This document shows, piece after piece, positions 37,101-44,060 of a DNA stretch of 44,060 nt (the first letter of the stretch is position 1; the number at the start of each line of letters is the position of its first letter). Origin of the DNA: Marinilabiliales bacterium (GTDB taxonomy: Bacteria > Bacteroidota > Bacteroidia > Bacteroidales > BM520). The position numbers and the translations under genes are program-made. Under the pieces are notes generated by a model that was not told the DNA's origin, did not search any database, and worked only from the letters and a program-made list of their open reading frames with translations. The DNA lies in contig PKSY01000311.1 of the NCBI GenBank assembly GCA_002869405.1, positions 1 through 44,060 of the forward strand, given 5' to 3'.

Positions 37101-38184
37101 AGGTATTTACCGGATAACTACCCATGCTTGCCTGCTGAAGCGCTTTTTTATCAATATCTGTGGCAAAAATCTTAAAATCAATCCCCGATTTGTTATTTCG
37201 GATGTAATTATCAAACAGAAGTGCAATAGAATAAACTTCTTCACCGCTTGAGCATCCCGGAATCCATATTCTGACATCACTTTTATTTCTCTTTTTCTCA
37301 CATATTTCAGGTATGACCTTCGTTTTTAGTATTTTAAATGCTTCTGTATCTCTGAAAAAACTAGTTACACCAATTAGAAATTCCTGCTTAATTGCACTTT
37401 TTTCTTTTTCACTGGTTTTTAACAGTTTTAAATACTCCTGCAGAGATTCAATATTGTGAAGACTTAATCTCTTTTCCAGTCTCCGAAGCAAAGTGTTGGT
37501 TTTGTATTTTTTGAAGTTTACACCTGTATGGCGATGAATCTCTTCAAGTATTGCGTTAAAAACCTTTTCATTGCTCGAGATCAGATCTCCGGAACTTTCA
37601 AGTTGCAGGTTTTTTCCTGTAAACTGAACGATTTTTTCAGCCAGCATCCCCGGCGAAAGGATAAAATCTGCGAGGTTAGTCGATATTGCCGAGTTTGGCA
37701 TACCGTCAAACTGAGCTGTCTTAGGATCCTGAACCAAAATTGTTCCTCCTGCCTCTTTGATGGTTTTGATACCCCGGGAGCCATCGGAACCAGTACCTGA
37801 CAAAATCACTCCGATTGATTTATCTTTGTATGATTCACCCAGCATATGAAAAAGTATGTCAATGGGAAGGTTTAGATGGTCTTTAGGCGCTTTATCAAAA
37901 AGGATAAACTTATAATCCTTTATGCCAATATTGGTGTTTCTGTTATTTAAATAAACGCAATTAGGCTTAATCTTTTGATTATTCTTTGCCGTGTAGATAT
38001 GCATGCCTGTGTGCTTGGCAAGTAATTCAGGCATAAGACTTTTAAAGTCGGGTGATAGATGTTGAATAATGACATATGCAACTCCTGTATTATCTGGGAT
38101 ATGGTCAAAAAAACGTTGAACTGCTTCGAGGCCTCCGGCTGATGCGCCAATACCTACGACATAAAAATCATTGTGGTTACTCAT
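34132..38184 (-). CDS. CheB-CheR-PAS-histidine kinase-receiver fusion protein
   Basis: CheB GIGASAGG / IQH / GTGSDG; CheR [30 protein letters not shown]; heptad coiled coil; PAS; [10 protein letters not shown]; REC with LMDIRMP. Start set at MSNHND. Confidence 0.93.
   Translation of the reverse strand: [1350 protein letters not shown]
36065..36189 (-). repeat. 21-bp period coding tandem repeat (xNEELxx heptads)
   Basis: Encodes [42 protein letters not shown]; TCATT recurs every 21 nt. Confidence 0.85.
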
Positions 38185-38283
38185 AATCATTCTGCCTAGA
38201 TGTGGTTTTACCAAATAAAGATACAGAATTTTTTATATGTAAGTCAATGCATATATTTTTTACGAAGAAAAACTGTAAAGGGG

Positions 38284-39150
38284 TTAGGATTCGGATACTT
38301 CTTTGTGTAAGACCCGAACAGCCTCTGAAGATGGCCGGACAGGCTTATAAATAGCATCGCCTATAACTTTTACAAAACAAGCACCCAAAAAGATAATTTG
38401 CGATAGATAAAAAACCCACAGCATAATTAAAGCAAGTACACTCGCTTGTCCGAAGGTGGTCTCTATATGGCTTTGTGCAATGATTTGTGCAATAATAACT
38501 TTACCAATTAAAAAGAGTATTGCAGTCACTATACCTCCAATCATTGCAGGCTTCCAGTGAATTACTGCATCACCCAGTGTTTTATACATCAGGCTGAATA
38601 TTAATGCAGTAATTGCAAAAGAAAACAGGTGTTCCAGGATTTGTAAAAGTTGATTGCTTCCGGTGATTTCAGGCGTGAACCGTTGCAGAAAGGTACTGAT
38701 TGTGGTGCTTAGGACCAAAATTGTGAAAAGGATAACTAATATAATCAGTGCGAATGCCTTTCGTTTTAAAAACAAAATCAATCCGTTTTTTGGTTTTATT
38801 TTAATGCTGTAGATATCGTTAAATGCGTTGTGTAGTTGGATAACTATTTTTGAGGCCGAGACTATCAGCATTATAATACCGGTTATTGTGGTCAGGATAC
38901 TTTTATGTGATGTGTGATGATTGTTTATTATAGTCTGTATCTGATGCGCGGCCTCACTTCCCAATAACTCTTTAAACTGAGAAAAGAACTCTGATGATAC
39001 CGTTCCTGATCCAAAGAAAATACCCAGAACCGAGATTATAATAATAGCAATCGGGATAAGGGCGAAAACGGCGAAATACCCCAATGCTGCCCCTTTCTGG
39101 AATGTATTACTCTGGATATATAAATGGAAGATTTTTTTTAATGATTGCAT
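38284..39150 (-). CDS. YihY / BrkB-family membrane protein
   Basis: GAALGYFAVFALIP, QLHNAFNDIY, TFGQASVLALIMLWVFYLSQIIFLGA. TATATTTG promoter motif at 39169-39176 (minus strand). Confidence 0.9.
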   Translation of the reverse strand: MQSLKKIFHLYIQSNTFQKGAALGYFAVFALIPIAIIIISVLGIFFGSGTVSSEFFSQFKELLGSEAAHQIQTIINNHHTSHKSILTTITGIIMLIVSASKIVIQLHNAFNDIYSIKIKPKNGLILFLKRKAFALIILVILFTILVLSTTISTFLQRFTPEITGSNQLLQILEHLFSFAITALIFSLMYKTLGDAVIHWKPAMIGGIVTAILFLIGKVIIAQIIAQSHIETTFGQASVLALIMLWVFYLSQIIFLGACFVKVIGDAIYKPVRPSSEAVRVLHKEVSES

Positions 39151-39227
39151 CCGTGACTTAATCTTCTACAAATATACGCTATCTTAAATAATATATCTCC
39201 GTCCTTTGATATGATAATGTTATTATA

Positions 39228-39947
39228 CTACCACTCCATTGGAACTTCAATCAACAGGATTTCAGAATTCTCAGCCGTGGATTTAATTTCGATTATATCT
39301 GCTTCACTGATGGCAATAGCATCTCTGGATCCAAGAGCCTTTCCATCTATAATAAAACTGCCGTCAATTACGAAAGCATATACTCCATTTCCTTCTTTTC
39401 TAATCTGATAATCGACTTTTGTGTCTTTTTCAAATCTTCCCAGATGCATCCAGGCCTGCTGATGAATCCAGACACCTTCATCATCACTATTTGGAGAAAG
39501 GATTTGCTGCAGCTTGTTTTTTCTGTCCTCAGGGTTGAGTGACAATTGGTCGTATCGGGGCGTGACATTCTTCTTGTCGGGGAAGATCCATATTTGGAGA
39601 AATTGACCTTGCTTATCAGGATAATGGTTGAACTCACTATGATAAACACCGGTTCCGGCACTCATAACCTGAATTTCGCCTGCTCTGATCACGGAACTGT
39701 TGCCCATACTGTCTTTATGTTCCAGTGCTCCTGATAGGGGGATTGATATAATCTCCATGTTATCATGGGGGTGGGTGTCAAAGCCCTGACCTCCGGCTAT
39801 GGTATCATCATTTAATACACGCAAAGCACCAAAGTGAATGCGCTCAGGATTGTAGTATCCGGCAAAACTGAATGAGTGGTATGAATCAAGCCAGCCATGG
39901 TTTGCATGACCGCGTGATGCTGAAGTATGAAGAATGTATTTTTCCAT
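39228..39947 (-). CDS. Pirin-family protein (YhhW-like)
   Basis: RGHANHGWL, FGALRVLNDD, HPHDNMEI, HKDSMGN, MSAGTGVYHSE, LQIWI. Confidence 0.95.
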   Translation of the reverse strand: MEKYILHTSASRGHANHGWLDSYHSFSFAGYYNPERIHFGALRVLNDDTIAGGQGFDTHPHDNMEIISIPLSGALEHKDSMGNSSVIRAGEIQVMSAGTGVYHSEFNHYPDKQGQFLQIWIFPDKKNVTPRYDQLSLNPEDRKNKLQQILSPNSDDEGVWIHQQAWMHLGRFEKDTKVDYQIRKEGNGVYAFVIDGSFIIDGKALGSRDAIAISEADIIEIKSTAENSEILLIEVPMEW

Positions 39948-40007
39948 TTGTCTGCTTTTTTATCTTTAACAAACAAATCAAAGGAATGTCTGAACAATCC
40001 TCAGGCC

Positions 40008-40364
40008 TTAAGATTTTTTATGATTTACTGACAGCATTATCAATATTGCAGATGAGAACAATGCCAACGCTGTGAATGCCGGAACAGCCGGTATTATTCC
40101 TTTTTCAGCATAATAACCTGCAGCATTTATTACAGAATAAACCACCATGGCATTTGCCATGATGAGCATATATTTATATTTGATTCTTAAGTATAGTATA
40201 CCTCCTGCAATGCATAAAATTGCCATCAGGAACTCCGAAAACAGATGGAATGAAATTTCTGATTTCCCTTCATTTATATCGCCGGATAAGAGCAGGAAAA
40301 CCCACATTCCAAGAATGGCTATTCCCAGAATAATAGAATAGATAGGGATAATTTTATTTATCAT
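40008..40364 (-). CDS. Small 4-TM hypothetical membrane protein (118 aa)
   Basis: C-terminal part of the 270-aa track ORF, starting at MINKIIP (alternative start 40373); four hydrophobic helices; overlaps the upstream stop. Confidence 0.7.
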   Translation of the reverse strand: MINKIIPIYSIILGIAILGMWVFLLLSGDINEGKSEISFHLFSEFLMAILCIAGGILYLRIKYKYMLIMANAMVVYSVINAAGYYAEKGIIPAVPAFTALALFSSAILIMLSVNHKKS

Positions 40365-42252
40365 ATTGTTCATAGCTGTGTCTTGTATCGTTTCCGTTTG
40401 TATCATTGAAAATGCCAACTCCTTTAAAATTATTAGGGACATAAATGCGATATCCAATCTGCATCTGATGATTGGCTGCTGTTGTAGCACCCATAGACGG
40501 AGACTGACTGTTTTGTTGGTTTTTATACCAATGATAGCTATCACTTCCCTCATTATCAGAAAAGCTTCCGATACCTGATAAATCTCCAATCCCCACACTT
40601 CTGTTTCCAAAGTGGTATTCATCATCTCCGGATTTTTCAAGAAAGATTCCTGCTGAGAAATCTCTGCCGCAGCCAAAACTCTGAGTAATCCTCTCTTTGA
40701 TTGCTTCTTTGTTATAGATGTCATCACCGCTACTCTCGTAAAATCCTGCCAGCGAAAAATGTGCGGCATATCCAAAACTGTGAGAGCTGGCATTATAAAT
40801 ATCATCTCCAGCTTCATCATAAAAAATACCTAACCCGAAATAGTACGATCCCCCAATGGAAAAAGATCCTGCTGAATACTTGTCATTGCCTGAATAGTCA
40901 ATAAAGATTCCGGTACCACCTGCAAGACTATGTCCGTCTGTAGCTTCTGCCCAACGACCTCTGGCTGCCCCAAGTACAAATCCCGGTGGGTTTTGCAAAT
41001 GGGAATCCACTGAATTATAATTGTCATTTCCTGCTTTGTCGTAGAGAATGCCTACTCCATGAGTGCCTCCAAAACCCATTGAATACCCGCCACTGCTGTA
41101 CTGATCATCCCCCGAAAGATCTGCCAGTATTGCCACACCAACATATGCCGATGCATGCCCGTTATCATTTCCGCTAAAGTATAGGTCATCTCCACCTTTG
41201 TCATAAACCATGGATGATCCATACAGCGCATAACCCGGTCCGCAAGTTTTTGAATAGTACCGGTCATTACCCTGAAGATCAAATAGTGCTGAGATTCCGA
41301 GAACGGCAGATCCAGGACTTTCTGCATTATAGATATCATCCCCGGAAAGGTCAATGACAAAACTAAAAGGTTGCGAAAAATATGATGCAGAGGCTATATT
41401 GCCATGATAATAATCGTTTCCGCCTAAGTCTATAATTAATAACTCACTACGCGCTGTTGTGTCAGCCTGTTTGCCATTAATACTGATTTTACCAAGGGAA
41501 GTATTCAGCCTGCATCCCTGAAATTTTTCCGGGACTGAAACAGAAGTCAGTGAAAAACAATTATTGAGTTTCTGTGCAATAACTCTGGTAGCATATGAGA
41601 GTTTTTTGAGATCTGCTTTGTTTATTATGTCAATCGAAGAAAAGGATGTCATCTCCTTTATGCGCCATGGTTCTTGTAAAAAATCAAACAGCGATTGCGA
41701 AATTGTAGTATCTGTGATATCTGTTAGAGCCATCAAGGGCAGGCAATATTCATCAAATATCATTTTTGCCTCAATCGAGGCTGATAAGAATTCGATGGTA
41801 TATTTTTGTATTTCAAAAGGTAGTTTATCCCATTCTGCCCGCGGCTCGATAATTATTTCGGTCTTTGATATAAAGCCCGCTATTTCCTCATGATTTTTAA
41901 AAGAGTGCTTTTGCTTAATTCCGGATAAAGGAGGACCATAACCTCCGGCACCAGAGCCAAGTATCTGGAAAGCATAATGAAATAACTCTGAAGGCGATAA
42001 CGCTGAGTTATTAACAGATTTTGCGGCAGATTTTGAGAAGGAGCTTAGCTCTCCGGGATGACTGAAAAGGTATTTATGCAAAGTTGTGAGGGTATTGATT
42101 CCCTGAATGGCAGTCATATATTCTAAGTCCAGTGCCGGGAGCTCAGGGGTTTTCTCATTCTCTTTATTATCAGATGAGTCTATCTCCTTGTTACCGCAAC
42201 TCACATTAACAGCAATCACTGTGATAAAAAGCAATGCCAATAAGATTCGCAT
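40354..42252 (-). CDS. Lipoprotein with ~12 D-x-x-G-(N/D)-D-x-Y repeats (putative Ca-binding beta-solenoid)
   Basis: Lipobox NVSC; repeats such as IIDLGGNDYY, VIDLSGDDIY, LFDLQGNDRY separated by Gly-rich spacers. Confidence 0.8.
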   Translation of the reverse strand: MRILLALLFITVIAVNVSCGNKEIDSSDNKENEKTPELPALDLEYMTAIQGINTLTTLHKYLFSHPGELSSFSKSAAKSVNNSALSPSELFHYAFQILGSGAGGYGPPLSGIKQKHSFKNHEEIAGFISKTEIIIEPRAEWDKLPFEIQKYTIEFLSASIEAKMIFDEYCLPLMALTDITDTTISQSLFDFLQEPWRIKEMTSFSSIDIINKADLKKLSYATRVIAQKLNNCFSLTSVSVPEKFQGCRLNTSLGKISINGKQADTTARSELLIIDLGGNDYYHGNIASASYFSQPFSFVIDLSGDDIYNAESPGSAVLGISALFDLQGNDRYYSKTCGPGYALYGSSMVYDKGGDDLYFSGNDNGHASAYVGVAILADLSGDDQYSSGGYSMGFGGTHGVGILYDKAGNDNYNSVDSHLQNPPGFVLGAARGRWAEATDGHSLAGGTGIFIDYSGNDKYSAGSFSIGGSYYFGLGIFYDEAGDDIYNASSHSFGYAAHFSLAGFYESSGDDIYNKEAIKERITQSFGCGRDFSAGIFLEKSGDDEYHFGNRSVGIGDLSGIGSFSDNEGSDSYHWYKNQQNSQSPSMGATTAANHQMQIGYRIYVPNNFKGVGIFNDTNGNDTRHSYEQYDK

Positions 42253-42281
42253 ATTCAGTTGAATTAAAAATGATTCCGGGT

Positions 42282-43691
42282 TTACATTTTATTTGAATCT
42301 AATAAGTACAGATATTTTTTTATTCCCTCTGTAATTGCCCAGGAGTCGAATTCGTAATTATGGCCTGTGGTAACAATTACGACATTTACTTCAGGGATGA
42401 TATAGATAAACTGGCTTCCCCAGCCGTTTGCCCAGATTACTTTGTATCTCTTCTCACCTGACTCCAGTTCAAGTCTCCACCACTGATACCCGTATTTGTC
42501 TCCCGGAATATGAGTATCAGTATGTATTGCTGTTGATTCATTAATCCACTTTTCTGATATAACCTGTTTGTTATAAAATTTTCCCTTATTCAATATAAGA
42601 AGACCAATTTTAATCATGTCACGGGGAAGTAAATGGAGAGAACCAGCCATACTTGGATACCCTTCTTGTTTGGCGATTTCCCAATCGAAATTTTTTATAT
42701 TCAATGGGTCGAAGAGATATTTCTTTGCGTAATCATCAGCAAACGCACCGGATGTTGCTTTGATTACTGCACCAAGAATTTCAGTATTCCCTCCATCATA
42801 CCGGAATGAGCTTCCGGGTTTGTCAAGGATTCCCCGTTCCAACGCAAATTTTATGCGGTTGTCAGATCGGAATAGTTCATCATTTTGTGGATTATAGCCC
42901 GAGTTCATACAAAGTAAGTGCTTTAGCGTTATCTCGTTATATAAACCTTTCTTTAAATGATTGTATTCCGGAAATATTTGATAAATCGGTATTTCAGTGG
43001 AGTTGATTAATCCATTATCCTTGGCAATACCAACCAGTAATGATGTGATGCTTTTTGTGCACGATTCAATGGGATGAGGGTCTTTAGCTGTATAACCAAA
43101 AAAGTATTCATCACAAATGAGTTTATTGTCTTTAGCTACAAGGAAAGAGTTTATTCTGCCATATGTGCCGGAGCGAATTTCAGTAAGCATCTTTACAAGA
43201 AACTCTGTTTCCTTAGTTGAAATTTCTTCAGATACCTGAAGACCGTCATCCGGATTTTTTACCGGATGAATTAACGATGTATTTTTTTTATCCGGAAAGG
43301 ATAAATAATTCCGGATATGATGATTTCTTACCAAAGGTACTGTATCGAAGGGCTCTCCGATACAAGCAAAACCGCCTTTAATGGTGTTTTTAGAAAATAA
43401 TCCGGTATAGGTGCAGCCCCATCCGGGAATTCTGAAGGTGATGGTGTCTTTTGAAAACTTAAAACTATCCACAACAAATGAGGCTTCATAAAAACCGTTT
43501 TTTGTCCAATATCCTGAGCAATATATGGAATCGTTTTCTTCAGCAACTTCAATATAAAAGTTCATGCTGCAGTCAATAGGATGCGGCCCTTCCCAAAAAC
43601 CGGAAAAGGGTAGGGGATTATTTCTTGAACAACTGCAGGAAAGAAATATTACACCAGCGATTATACAGAATATCTGATTGCTTCTTTTCAT
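42282..43691 (-). CDS. Serine hydrolase of the beta-lactamase class C / NylB-like fold, probable lipoprotein
   Basis: SxxK = SCTK, HLLCMNSG, PGSSFRYD, LFDPL, RDMIKIG, ANGWGSQ; N-terminal FLSC. Confidence 0.88.
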   Translation of the reverse strand: MKRSNQIFCIIAGVIFLSCSCSRNNPLPFSGFWEGPHPIDCSMNFYIEVAEENDSIYCSGYWTKNGFYEASFVVDSFKFSKDTITFRIPGWGCTYTGLFSKNTIKGGFACIGEPFDTVPLVRNHHIRNYLSFPDKKNTSLIHPVKNPDDGLQVSEEISTKETEFLVKMLTEIRSGTYGRINSFLVAKDNKLICDEYFFGYTAKDPHPIESCTKSITSLLVGIAKDNGLINSTEIPIYQIFPEYNHLKKGLYNEITLKHLLCMNSGYNPQNDELFRSDNRIKFALERGILDKPGSSFRYDGGNTEILGAVIKATSGAFADDYAKKYLFDPLNIKNFDWEIAKQEGYPSMAGSLHLLPRDMIKIGLLILNKGKFYNKQVISEKWINESTAIHTDTHIPGDKYGYQWWRLELESGEKRYKVIWANGWGSQFIYIIPEVNVVIVTTGHNYEFDSWAITEGIKKYLYLLDSNKM

Positions 43692-43697
43692 GTTATC

Positions 43698-44060
43698 TTA
43701 GTTAAGCTTTTCAAAAAAGAACGGCATTGAAATACTGACAATTGAGTCTTCATTATCAGGGTATTGGTGACCCATCTTATTAATGACTTCATGGCGGAAT
43801 TTCCTTCCGGATTTTGTAAATATTTCGGCCATCTCTAATTGTTTTGGCAGATAATAGTCCTCCTCACCTCCAATCATATATACTTTTACCGCCGGATTTG
43901 AATTTTTATTTGATTCAATAGCTGGCAAATCCTTTGGAATTCCCGGACACAAAGCTATGACACCATGAGCCGGAATAACATTGCGTATTGCAACATCAAT
44001 GGCGTAGGTTGCGCCAGCTGAAATCCCTGCAAGGATAATTTTCTCATAATCAACAGGATA
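43698..44060 (-). CDS. Alpha/beta hydrolase, 5'-truncated by the window edge
   Basis: Frame open from 44060: YPVDYEKIILAGISAGATY (GxSxG), GGEED (acid) and MGH (His). Confidence 0.8.
   Translation of the reverse strand, partial: YPVDYEKIILAGISAGATYAIDVAIRNVIPAHGVIALCPGIPKDLPAIESNKNSNPAVKVYMIGGEEDYYLPKQLEMAEIFTKSGRKFRHEVINKMGHQYPDNEDSIVSISMPFFFEKLN

Noticed and set aside
40374-40820. N-terminal extension of the 270-aa ORF
   Set aside because: It overlaps the repeat lipoprotein in another frame; only the hydrophobic last ~118 aa look like a real protein.
42282-43691. Antibiotic-resistance beta-lactamase call
   Set aside because: It has SxxK but lacks canonical YxN and KTG motifs; more like the broad esterase/amidase members of the fold.

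Overview
A gene-dense bacterial window that looks like Bacteroidota (Bacteroidales-like). The evidence is repeated TAnnTTTG -7 promoter motifs, a T9SS type-B cargo protein, signal peptides followed by Gln, and a DUF4492-cydAB operon. Positions 1-30.7 kb are mostly housekeeping: cytochrome bd operon, RecQ-like helicase, two HU paralogs, fmt, TrmH, ispH, recF, DUF721/DciA, DnaQ-like exonuclease, a 2-oxoacid dehydrogenase E2, GT2, rhomboid and tRNA-His. After tRNA-His comes a single-strand accessory block with two hybrid histidine kinases (one a CheB-CheR-PAS-HK-REC fusion), YihY, pirin, a repeat lipoprotein and hydrolases. There are two main highlights. First, a translationally coupled murL-murD2-like pair suggests the alternative epimerase-based route to D-Glu in peptidoglycan. 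Second, two small genes are missing from the ORF track: a 41-aa single-TM ORF right after cydB (candidate CydX/CydS-like subunit) and ribosomal protein bTHX. I saw no CRISPR array, integrase, transposase or rRNA. All family calls come from reading motifs by eye, not from database searches.
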